A stretch of DNA of 64,000 nucleotides, taken from NCBI GenBank assembly GCA_964593675.1, contig CAZQIE010000004.1, positions 7,267 through 71,266 of the forward strand. The letters run 5' to 3'. The DNA is from an uncultured Opitutales bacterium (GTDB lineage: Bacteria > Verrucomicrobiota > Verrucomicrobiia > Opitutales > CAZQIE01). The notes beneath the pieces are model-generated. The model made no database searches. It saw only the letters and a list, made by a program, of their open reading frames with translations, and was not told where the DNA came from. The position numbers and the translations under genes are program-made. Positions 22,965 through 30,913 of the stretch are shown piece after piece. Every line of letters begins with the position of its first letter. Position 1 is the first letter of the stretch.

Positions 22965-23822
22965 ATGAGCCGTTACACAAAGGAAGAGAAACTCGCCGCC
23001 ATCTCAAAGCACACCTGGTACCACAGGATCGACCTCGGCGACGGCGTCGTCACCCCCGGCCACGATTGGGAGCACCTCTGGAATATGATCCGCGCCGTGC
23101 GCTCCAAAGTTTCCTACGCGGAACGCGCCGTCCTTGATGTTGGCAGTTGGGACGGCCTCTGGGCCTTCGAAGCCGAAAAACTCGGCGCCCGCTACGTCGT
23201 CGCCACCGACTGCGCTCCCGCTCACCCTCTCGAAAACACGTGCGTCGACGCCAAAATGCCTCACGCCCTCGAGAAGTTTCTCCTGCTGCGCGAAATCCTC
23301 GGCAGTAAAGTCATCCCCTTCTACAACGCCTCCCCCTACAACCTCACCCAGCGCCTTGATTCCCTCATCTTCCTCAAGGCGAATTGCGAACACCTCAAGT
23401 TCGACATCGTTCAGCACTTCGGCGTCCTCTACCACCTCCGCAACCCCCTCCATTCCCTCTCGGAAGCCCGCAACGTCCTCAAAGACAACGGCACCCTCAT
23501 CCTTGAGACAGCCTGCCTCCTCAACGAGCCCCGTTCCGTCATGCTCTTCAACGGCGCCGGCGAGCCCAGCACGCTACGCTTCTATAAAGGCCGCACAAAC
23601 TGGTGGGCCCCCTCTTGGCTCTGTCTGAAAGAGATGCTCCAAACCTGCTTCCTCGAACCCCTCGAAGATACCGCCGAATTCCTTACCGTCGCCGGCTATG
23701 GCGACGTCGGCCGCGTGGCCGTGGCGTGCAGGGCCATCCCGGTAACTGAAGGCGATGCCAGGCTCCGCGCAGAAATGGCCCACTATTTCCGCAACCCCGA
23801 CCACATCCCGTATTTCGCCTAG
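22965..23822 (+). CDS. Class I SAM-dependent methyltransferase (CmoB/DUF1698-like), copy 1
   Basis: WYHRIDLGDGVVTPG, motif I VLDVGSWDGLWAFEAEKLGA, and FDIVQHFGVLYHLRNPL. The stop TAG at 23820-23822 is formed at the junction with the MITE-like element. Confidence 0.8.
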   Translation: MSRYTKEEKLAAISKHTWYHRIDLGDGVVTPGHDWEHLWNMIRAVRSKVSYAERAVLDVGSWDGLWAFEAEKLGARYVVATDCAPAHPLENTCVDAKMPHALEKFLLLREILGSKVIPFYNASPYNLTQRLDSLIFLKANCEHLKFDIVQHFGVLYHLRNPLHSLSEARNVLKDNGTLILETACLLNEPRSVMLFNGAGEPSTLRFYKGRTNWWAPSWLCLKEMLQTCFLEPLEDTAEFLTVAGYGDVGRVAVACRAIPVTEGDARLRAEMAHYFRNPDHIPYFA

Positions 23823-24134
23823 AGCGTATTCAGTTCAAGTTGTCGCGCCTGTTGGACATCCCTCCTTCATCCGCGCCGACGTGAGGAAGGGGCGTCCCCA
23901 CTGCCAAGGGCCGCATTCCGAGCCGTGCAGATGAACGAATCGGCCCACGCCGTGCGCCCAGCACCCGTGTCTTAGCGGAGCGGCAGATATGCCCGTGCAG
24001 CCCACCAGAATCGGCCCACGCCGTGCGCCCAGCACCCGTGTCTTAGCGGAGCGGCAGACTCGCCCGTGCAGCCCACCAGAATCGGCCCACGCCGTGCGTG
24101 GCGGCGCACGCGACAACCTGAAACCAAACTGCTC
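23822..24134. mobile_element. MITE-like palindromic element (copy 1, 313 bp) with TA flanks and internal tandem repeats
   Basis: Left end gagcgtattcagTTCAAGTTGTCGCG. The reverse complement of the right end is gagcagtttggtTTCAGGTTGTCGCG. TA lies at 23820-21 and 24135-36. The element fills the whole gap between two convergent genes. Confidence 0.6.
23922..24105 (+). repeat. Tandem repeat, about 70-bp unit x 2.7, containing three perfect ATCGGCCCACGCCGTGCG cores
   Basis: The unit gcccgtgcagcccaccagaatcggcccacgccgtgcgcccagcacccgtgtcttagcggagcggcaga starts near 23922, 23991 and 24062. The whole unit is conserved, so there are no unique spacers. Confidence 0.85.
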
Positions 24135-25468
24135 TATTTCTTCACCGCAAGGAAGCGCAGGAACATCCCCGCCACCTCTGTGCAGGCGTCGTCCGAGATG
24201 ACTGTCACCTCGAAGCCGCGCCGCGTGAAGAACGCCATCAGGCTTTCGGGCTCGAAGAAATGCCCCACCGAGGCAATACCTGCCGTGTTGTTGATTGTCT
24301 CGTGATAAGGCTTTGTCCGGTACGTCCCCTTCTCGTCGCTCATTTCCTCATACGGGTATGACGGCAGCGTCTCACTCGCGCAGAACCCCCCGATGTAGAT
24401 CCGGTCCGAAAGCGTCGTCAGGTTCTCAAGCAACAGCAGCGGGTGAGGGGAGTGGTAGTATGAACCATGGCAAACGACCAGGTCATACCGCCCGTACCGC
24501 CTCGCATCAGCATTGAGGAAGTCGTCCGTGAAAACACGCACATGATCCCAGCCCATCGCGTTGCACAACGTCGACGTCTTCAGCACGTTTTCCGCACGCC
24601 CTTCGACGCAGTCCAACTGTGCCACGCCGGCGCGCACAAGCGCCGCCGTCTGGTAGCCCTCCCACGGACCAAATTCGAGCACCCGCAAGCCCTTCAGCGG
24701 CACCAGCGCGTCCACGCGGTCCGTCATCCCCCATTCCCGCCCGCTCGCATACAGGCCCAGCAGTTCCTCCAATGTCTTCGCCCGATACGTGAAGTGCTGC
24801 CACAAATGCGCGATCTGCGCAAAAGGCCACAGCACCTGATGCAGTGAAACCATCCGGCACGGCAACTCCTTCGCCAGTTCCGAGACCTGCGACCATTCCC
24901 CGTTGTTCACCGGGTGGCGCGCAAGCACCGCAAGCTCCGACTTCCCAAAACCCGCCGGCGCGAAATCACCGAACGCCCAATCCACCACCCGCACCCGGGC
25001 GTCCTTTGCCCCCGCTGCCGCCAAGCCTTCGCGGATCGCCCGCGCTTCGCCCAGCAGCCAGATCACCTTCGCCTTCTCCTTCTTCAACCGCTCCAGCACC
25101 AGCGTCCAGCAGTGCTGTGAGTTCTCAATCGTCCGCACCGCCGCAGCGTCCCGGTCCAACGCCCATAGCGCCGCCGACTGTATCTTCCATTTCGATATAC
25201 CAAGCTCATTTACAAGCTGGTTCCGGATCGCCTCCTCCGCCTGCGAAGCAATGAGAATCGTTTCGCAATCCAGCGTCTTCAACTCCACCGGAGAGATCAC
25301 AGGCTTCCCGCAGACCACCGTCCCGTGCTTCGCCGCGTCATTGTCCGCAAAACAGCAAATATCGAAAACCTGCGACAAACCCTCAAATGACGCCTGCCCT
25401 GCTACGCCTGCACCAAAAACGACCGCCTTCACGCGGTTGCCAAATGTCCTCCGGGAACCGTTCTGCAT
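24134..25468 (-). CDS. Three-part protein: N-terminal Rossmann-like module, unknown middle region, C-terminal class I methyltransferase
   Basis: The internal ATG at 25468 gives MQNGS..KAVVFGAGVAGQASFEGL..FADNDAAKHGTVVCGKPV. The C-terminus has LRVLEFGPWEGYQTAAL and DLVVCHGSYYHSPHPL. The stop TAG is the complement of 24134-24136, at the MITE edge. Confidence 0.7.
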   Translation of the reverse strand: MQNGSRRTFGNRVKAVVFGAGVAGQASFEGLSQVFDICCFADNDAAKHGTVVCGKPVISPVELKTLDCETILIASQAEEAIRNQLVNELGISKWKIQSAALWALDRDAAAVRTIENSQHCWTLVLERLKKEKAKVIWLLGEARAIREGLAAAGAKDARVRVVDWAFGDFAPAGFGKSELAVLARHPVNNGEWSQVSELAKELPCRMVSLHQVLWPFAQIAHLWQHFTYRAKTLEELLGLYASGREWGMTDRVDALVPLKGLRVLEFGPWEGYQTAALVRAGVAQLDCVEGRAENVLKTSTLCNAMGWDHVRVFTDDFLNADARRYGRYDLVVCHGSYYHSPHPLLLLENLTTLSDRIYIGGFCASETLPSYPYEEMSDEKGTYRTKPYHETINNTAGIASVGHFFEPESLMAFFTRRGFEVTVISDDACTEVAGMFLRFLAVKK

Positions 25469-25660
25469 GGGAAATGGGGGAATTCTGGATCCGACCTTAT
25501 TGCCGGCATCCGCTCTCTCCCACTGGACCCCGAAACGCCCCCTCCCGTCAAACCTTATAGCGCGTCCCCAATCAGGCTTGCGGGCATTTCGCGCCAGCCT
25601 TTTCCTCAATCCATCCACACGCGCGCGCACCGCGTCCCCTCAACTTCCCCCTCCCAAATC

Positions 25661-26518
25661 ATGAGCCGTTACACCAAGGAAGAGAAAATCGCCGCCATCT
25701 CCAAATACGCATGGTACCACCGCATCGACCTTGGCGACGGCGTCGTCACTCCCGGCAACGAGTGGGAACACCTCTGGAACATGATCCGCGCCGTCCGCTC
25801 GAAAATCGCCTATGAGCAACGCGCCGTTCTCGACATCGGCAGCTGGGACGGCCTCTGGGCCTTCGAAGCCGAAAAGCTCGGCGCCCGCTACGTTGTCGCC
25901 ACCGACTGCGCACCCGCCTACCCGTTCGAGAATACGGGCGTCGACTGGCAGCACGCCCTCGAGAAATTCCTTCTCCTGCGCGACATCCTTGGCAGCAAAG
26001 CCATCCCCTTCTACAACGCCTCCCCCTACAACCTCACCCAGCGCCTCGACTCCCTCATTTTCCGCAAGACCGGCTGCGAGCACCTGAAGTTCGATATTGT
26101 CCAGCACCTCGGCGTCCTCTACCACCTCCGCAACCCCCTGCACGCGCTTTCCGAGGCCCGCAACGTCCTCAAAGACAACGGCACCCTCCTCGTCGAGACC
26201 GCCTGCATCCTCGACGAGCCCCGCTCCGTCATGCTCTTCAACGGCGCCGGAGATCCCAAAACCTTCCGCATCTGTGCGGACCGCAGCACCTGGTGGGCGC
26301 CCTCCTGGCCCTGCCTCAAGGAGATGCTCCAGACATCCTTCTTCGAGCCCCTTGAAGACACCGTCCAATTCCTCCCGCTGAAAGGTCAGCCCCAAGACAA
26401 CATCGGCCGCGTTGCCGTCGCCTGCCGGGCCGTTCCCGTCGACAAGGGCGACCCCGCCCTTCGCGCCGAAATGGCCCATTACTTCCGCAATCCCGACCAC
26501 ATTCCCTTCTTCGGCTAA
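25661..26518 (+). CDS. Class I SAM-dependent methyltransferase (CmoB/DUF1698-like), copy 2
   Basis: 285 aa, the same length as 22965-23822 and roughly four-fifths identical by eye along the full length. The stop TAA at 26516-18 again abuts a MITE-like element. Confidence 0.8.
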   Translation: MSRYTKEEKIAAISKYAWYHRIDLGDGVVTPGNEWEHLWNMIRAVRSKIAYEQRAVLDIGSWDGLWAFEAEKLGARYVVATDCAPAYPFENTGVDWQHALEKFLLLRDILGSKAIPFYNASPYNLTQRLDSLIFRKTGCEHLKFDIVQHLGVLYHLRNPLHALSEARNVLKDNGTLLVETACILDEPRSVMLFNGAGDPKTFRICADRSTWWAPSWPCLKEMLQTSFFEPLEDTVQFLPLKGQPQDNIGRVAVACRAVPVDKGDPALRAEMAHYFRNPDHIPFFG

Positions 26519-26640
26519 AGCGTTTCTGCTTCAACTTGTCGCGCTGTTCCCTTCATTCCGTTACTCGCGCCGACGCGAGGATGGGGCGCCCACGCTCGCC
26601 GCAGGGCCGGCGTATGCGACACCCTAAGGCAGAAGTGCCC
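26518..26640. mobile_element. MITE-like element (copy 2a)
   Basis: aagcgtttctgcTTCAACTTGTCGCG left arm, gcgccgacgcgagg core, degenerate right arm gcgacaccctaaggcagaagtgccc. TA at 26516-17 and 26641-42. Confidence 0.5.
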
Positions 26641-26642
26641 TA

Positions 26643-26725
26643 AAGCACATCCCGTTCAACTTGTCGCACCTGTCGGATATCCCACCATCCACGCCGACGC
26701 GAAGTTGATTCCTCCTGAAACTTCT
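26643..26725. mobile_element. MITE-like element (copy 2b, truncated or degenerate right end)
   Basis: aagcacatcccgTTCAACTTGTCGCA left arm and cacgccgacgcgaag core immediately after the shared TA. The right boundary is unclear. Confidence 0.35.
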
Positions 26726-26763
26726 GGGGCGTATCCGGTTCACGGATACGCCCCTTTCTCTTT
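26726..26763 (+). terminator. Perfect 12-bp hairpin plus T-rich tail
   Basis: ggggcgtatccg gttca cggatacgcccc followed by tttctcttt. It lies between convergent genes and directly abuts the stop of the minus-strand gene at 26762, so it may act in both directions. Confidence 0.6.
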
Positions 26764-28222
26764 ACGAAAACGTAAGGCGCCGCGCCCCGGGGAACAGCCG
26801 GGCCATTGTCCGCCGCACGTCTTTCTCATTGTGCGTCCGCGGCACCAGGATCAGCGAAGGGCTCATGCCGCTCGCCGCGGCCTCGCTCGCCTCGCGCACC
26901 GGAACGCCTTCCAGCTCCGCCACCCCGGTCCGTTTGATCGTCAGCAAATACGCGGGCTTGGGCAGCCCCAGTTCCCTGAGCGCATCCAGAAGTTCCAGCG
27001 TATGCGCGTCAGCCCCGCAGGCAGCCAGCCCAGCGCCCGCCTCAGCGATCCTCCGCCGCACGCCCGGGTCTGCCAGATTCTTGCGTAGCCGCGCCGCCCC
27101 TTCCTCCGGCCAAAACGTTACCTGCGACGCCTCCGGGAACAGCAACTTCGCCGCCACGCACATCTGCGTGGCATACAGCCTCGACGAAATCAGCACCAGC
27201 CCCGGCTTCTCCACCGCACCCGCAGCTGCCTCCGACGCCTTCAGCACCCGCAGCCCCTCGAACTCAGCCTCCTTTGGCGTATCCGTTGTAAGGATGTACG
27301 CTGGCCGCGGCATTGAGGCCTCCTCCAATGCCCTCAAAAGCTCCTGCGTATGCCCGCCGGCTCCGTACACCGCCAGCGGCCCCTTTGCCCGCATCACGCG
27401 AATCCTGAACTCCGGCGACGCCACCACAGTCCGCACCTGCGTCAGGATCTCGTTCCCTCCCGGCGCCGTCTTTACCCACATCGGCCGGTACACACCTTGC
27501 ATGACCGGTTTCCCGAACGTGGCGTTCGGGCGCTTCTCGGCAACGCACACAATCGCGTACATGTCGTTGCCCTGACCCGCCCGCCCATACGAAATACCGT
27601 CCATCGCCCCCGGATAGTAATCCGCGTACCACGCCGGATCGCTCGCATGGTTCTCCGTGTACCGGAACACCTGCATCGTCGGCACCCCGTACCCATTCGC
27701 GCTGTAATAGTCCCAATACATCGTCGGGCACATCATGTACATCCCGTGGTCGATGTGGTTGCTCGACGGCGTCAGATGCATGATCCGGCCCCCTGGCGCC
27801 GTCAGGTGGTGCAGACACGCCAGCGCGTTCGGTACGTTGAAAATGTGCTCCAGCGTCCCCCCGTCGTAGATCAGGTCAAATGCCCCGCGCCAGGCCTGTG
27901 GCGGCTCCGGGTCATTTAAGTCGTGGATGATCTCCGGTTCCTCATACGCCGAGTAATCCATGGCCAGCACCGCGTCGAACCCGAGCGCCTGGAACAGCGT
28001 CCGCTGGGAAATGTAACCCTTCGCGCCCAGCTCCACGCTCTGCGACAGCTCATACTCGGCCTCGGCCATCCGCAGCGGATACCCATATATGGCAGCCAAC
28101 GTCTCCACCTCCTCGCGCGTTGCATACACAAACTGGTGCCCCAGCGTGAGCACCTTCCCCTGGAAAGGCCGCCTCAGCCCTTCCTTCATCAATACCGCGA
28201 TATCTTTGCGTGCGATGCCCAT
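26762..28222 (-). CDS. Methyltransferase-like N-terminal domain fused to two tandem Rossmann-like modules
   Basis: The N-terminus has FDLIYDGGTLEHIFN..LTAPGGRIMHLTP (class I MTase motifs post-I to III; motif I is atypical, VLTLGHQ). The C-terminus has LAVYGAGGHTQELLRALEE..FEGLRVL and LAACGADAHTLELLDALRE..LEGVPV. Confidence 0.7.
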   Translation of the reverse strand: MGIARKDIAVLMKEGLRRPFQGKVLTLGHQFVYATREEVETLAAIYGYPLRMAEAEYELSQSVELGAKGYISQRTLFQALGFDAVLAMDYSAYEEPEIIHDLNDPEPPQAWRGAFDLIYDGGTLEHIFNVPNALACLHHLTAPGGRIMHLTPSSNHIDHGMYMMCPTMYWDYYSANGYGVPTMQVFRYTENHASDPAWYADYYPGAMDGISYGRAGQGNDMYAIVCVAEKRPNATFGKPVMQGVYRPMWVKTAPGGNEILTQVRTVVASPEFRIRVMRAKGPLAVYGAGGHTQELLRALEEASMPRPAYILTTDTPKEAEFEGLRVLKASEAAAGAVEKPGLVLISSRLYATQMCVAAKLLFPEASQVTFWPEEGAARLRKNLADPGVRRRIAEAGAGLAACGADAHTLELLDALRELGLPKPAYLLTIKRTGVAELEGVPVREASEAAASGMSPSLILVPRTHNEKDVRRTMARLFPGARRLTFS

Positions 28223-28246
28223 ATAAATTCAAAGGTTCCTGTATCG

Positions 28247-29233
28247 TTATTTCTGTTTTCCCAGGCACTCGAACCACTGCGCCGTGGCCTGTGCGATCGA
28301 CTGCGGGTCCCACAGCGGCGCATCCTTCCAGTCGTCGATCCGCTCCAACATACGCTGCACACCCGCCTCCAGCGGCACCCGAGGCTCCCACCTCAGCGCC
28401 TTCCGGATCGCCGAAATGTCCGCAAACGTGCAATCCGGCTCCCCGGGCCGCTTCGGCAAGTGCGTCACCGGCCCACCCAGCAGCTCCACAAGCCGGTTCA
28501 CCGCATACGTGTGCCCCGACCCGACATTCAGCCGCACCCCCGTGACGTCCGATTCCGCCGCGGCCACAAACGCCTCCGCCACGTCCGTCACAAACGTAAA
28601 GTCCCGCGTCTGTTTCCCGTCGCCCACAACCGTGTAAGGCTTGTTCGCCAGCTTTTGGCGCAGGAACACCCCGAACACCGCGCCGTAGGCGCCTGTCGTG
28701 CGGCTCCGCGGCCCATAAACGTTGAACAGGCACAACGACAGCGCCGGAACCCCGTAAACCTTGTTCCAGTGGAACACCAGTTGCTCGCCCAGATACTTCG
28801 TCAACGCATACGGGTGCTCCGGTTTCGCCGGCGCCGACTCCGGCGTCGGGTACACGTCCGGAATCCCATAGCACGTCGAACTCGCCGTATATACAAAGCG
28901 CTTCACGCCCACCTGTCGCGCCACCTGCAGCACGCGCAGCGTCCCCTCTGCGTTCACCGAAAAATAATCCTCCGGCTTCTCAATCGACGGCACCAAGTCC
29001 GCACGCCCCGCCAGGTGGAAGAACCATTCCGCCCCCTCCACATCCGCGGCTTCCAGCGCCTGCACCGGCTTCTGCACCAGCCGGAACCCCGCCTTCTCCC
29101 GCGCCAGCGCAAGGTTCCCCGGCCTTCCCGTCGAGAAATCATCCACCCCCACCACGCTGTGCCCACGCGCCAGCAGGAGATCCGTCAGGTGACTGCCAAT
29201 AAACCCGGCCGCGCCGGTGACCACGCATTTCAT
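28247..29233 (-). CDS. NAD-dependent sugar epimerase/dehydratase (extended SDR)
   Basis: VTGAAGFIGSHL, ASSTCYG, and catalytic YALTK. 328 aa. Confidence 0.85.
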   Translation of the reverse strand: MKCVVTGAAGFIGSHLTDLLLARGHSVVGVDDFSTGRPGNLALAREKAGFRLVQKPVQALEAADVEGAEWFFHLAGRADLVPSIEKPEDYFSVNAEGTLRVLQVARQVGVKRFVYTASSTCYGIPDVYPTPESAPAKPEHPYALTKYLGEQLVFHWNKVYGVPALSLCLFNVYGPRSRTTGAYGAVFGVFLRQKLANKPYTVVGDGKQTRDFTFVTDVAEAFVAAAESDVTGVRLNVGSGHTYAVNRLVELLGGPVTHLPKRPGEPDCTFADISAIRKALRWEPRVPLEAGVQRMLERIDDWKDAPLWDPQSIAQATAQWFECLGKQK

Positions 29234-29344
29234 GTGTATCAGGTTTTTGAATACGAGGGTATGCGCCTGCCCGCAGCGTGAACGCCCGCGCCCGCCCGCC
29301 CAAAATCTCCCGCTCCCGCGGTCACTCCTTTCGGGCCGGCTCGC

Positions 29345-30913
29345 CTAGAACGTCAGCATTGCCATCCCGCTCTTCAACAGGCGGGCCTTCTTGATGCAGT
29401 CGCGGTTACCCACAATGCACACCGCCTGCGCCCCGGCAAGCTGGCTGTTGAACGTCGCCAGATCCAGCGGCAAGCCCGCCGCCGCCGACAACGACCCCAC
29501 CGCGCAGAACGCATCACCCGCGCCGATCGTGTCCACCGCCGTTGACTCGAACGGCGGAACCCGGCACGGCGGCTCATCCCCGTTAAGACCTATCGTCTCC
29601 ACCTCGCCCAGCGTCAGCCACGCATACTTCGCCCCAAGGTAGTCCTTCAACCGCGCCAGTTCCTCCGCGTGGTTGAACTCCTTGCGCCCGCAAGCCAGCG
29701 TCAGCTCCGTGCGGTCCAAGCTGAACGTGTCCGCCCGGTTCCACCGCCGGTTGATGATGTTGAAACCGTAATTGTTGCTGTTCGTCTGGCAATTCAGGGA
29801 AAGGAACCGCGACTTCTCCTCCAGCAGCAGCCGCACCGGGTCCTGATGCACCCCGTGCCCGAAGTCCATCGCGATCACCAGATCGTAATCCCCGATCACC
29901 GACTCCAGCCGCGACCGCATCCGTTCCACCATCTCCGGGCTCGGGTGTGTCGCGTCGATATAGTTTACCGAGAAAAGCTTGTTCATCTCGCGGCCCGTTT
30001 TCACAGGCTCCACGAACCGCTGCTTCACGATCGTCGTCACGTCCTCGCGCTGCACCAGATCGCTCTCCGTAGGCAGGTGCTCCCGCAGCAGCCCCTCCAC
30101 CCAAGGCTCCTTCCCCACATAAGCCATCAGGTGCGCGTGCGGCGTGAACTCCCTCACATGGCGGAAGACAGCCAGCGCGCCGCCAGCCTGCATCTCGTCC
30201 GCCACAAACCGCCCCGACAACATCCGGTTCTTCGACGTCAGCCCTTGCACCGACACCGTCGTATACCGGTCAAAAATGATATCCCCGACCACCAGCACCT
30301 TCAGCTTCGCCAGCCCATCCACCAGCTCGCGGAACCGCTGCGGCGTGAACCGCTGCGCCACGCGCCGGCAAAAGTCCTTCACGCTCGAAGGCACCGGATC
30401 AAAATGGTTGTTAAGGATGCGCGTGGAGCTGAACACCACGCTCCCCACGTAGCGCATCTCGCCCCCCAGCCGCTCCACCGTCAGCACGTCGTCGCGGATG
30501 TTTCCCGTCACATCCGTGCCCTCGTCCATGTATTCCCGCCCCTTGCAGTACACATGCGGGCACACGCACTCGATCGCCTCCACCGCCGCCGGGAACGGGA
30601 TCACCACCACAAAGTCCACACACGCCAGCGCGCTCAGCGCCTTCACCCGAAGCGCATTGTTAAAATACGGACGCCCCGGACCCTTGTTCACCATCCGCTC
30701 ATCCGTGATCGTCACCACCAGCACGTCCCCGTGCTCCCGTGCTTCCTCAAAATGGATGATGTGACCCGGGTGTACCAAGTCGAACGTGCCGTGGCATTGC
30801 ACGATCCGTTTCCCCTGCTCGCGCAGCGCGCGGAAAAACCCCGGCGCCTCCCCGAACGGCACTTCCTTTGCCGCCGTCCCCTTGCCATCAAAATCACGTT
30901 TTACCTGGAGCAT
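29345..30913 (-). CDS. Bifunctional sugar-phosphate nucleotidyltransferase (N-terminal) / PfkB-family sugar kinase (C-terminal), HldE-like with reversed domain order
   Basis: The N-terminal CHGTFDLVHPGHIIHFEEA is a cytidylyltransferase-fold HxGH motif. The C-terminal DTIGAGDAFCA is the PfkB signature. It overlaps the gmhA stop by 13 nt. Confidence 0.8.
   Translation of the reverse strand: MLQVKRDFDGKGTAAKEVPFGEAPGFFRALREQGKRIVQCHGTFDLVHPGHIIHFEEAREHGDVLVVTITDERMVNKGPGRPYFNNALRVKALSALACVDFVVVIPFPAAVEAIECVCPHVYCKGREYMDEGTDVTGNIRDDVLTVERLGGEMRYVGSVVFSSTRILNNHFDPVPSSVKDFCRRVAQRFTPQRFRELVDGLAKLKVLVVGDIIFDRYTTVSVQGLTSKNRMLSGRFVADEMQAGGALAVFRHVREFTPHAHLMAYVGKEPWVEGLLREHLPTESDLVQREDVTTIVKQRFVEPVKTGREMNKLFSVNYIDATHPSPEMVERMRSRLESVIGDYDLVIAMDFGHGVHQDPVRLLLEEKSRFLSLNCQTNSNNYGFNIINRRWNRADTFSLDRTELTLACGRKEFNHAEELARLKDYLGAKYAWLTLGEVETIGLNGDEPPCRVPPFESTAVDTIGAGDAFCAVGSLSAAAGLPLDLATFNSQLAGAQAVCIVGNRDCIKKARLLKSGMAMLTF

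Noticed and set aside
23922-24105. A possible CRISPR array, also considered for 31691-31860 and 39863-39997. The regularly spaced repeats have about 70-90 bp periodicity.
   Set aside because: The whole period is conserved between units, so there are no unique spacers. The arrays have only 2-3 units, the same full units recur at different loci, and no cas genes or leader are present. They are tandem or dispersed repeats, not CRISPR.
23989-24305. Short ORFs reading through the repeats. They encode recurring peptides such as PTRIGPRRA, also seen at 31606-31974 and 39870-40116.
   Set aside because: The recurrence is a by-product of translating the same DNA repeat. The reading frames differ between loci, the composition is R/P/A-rich, and there are no start-site signals.
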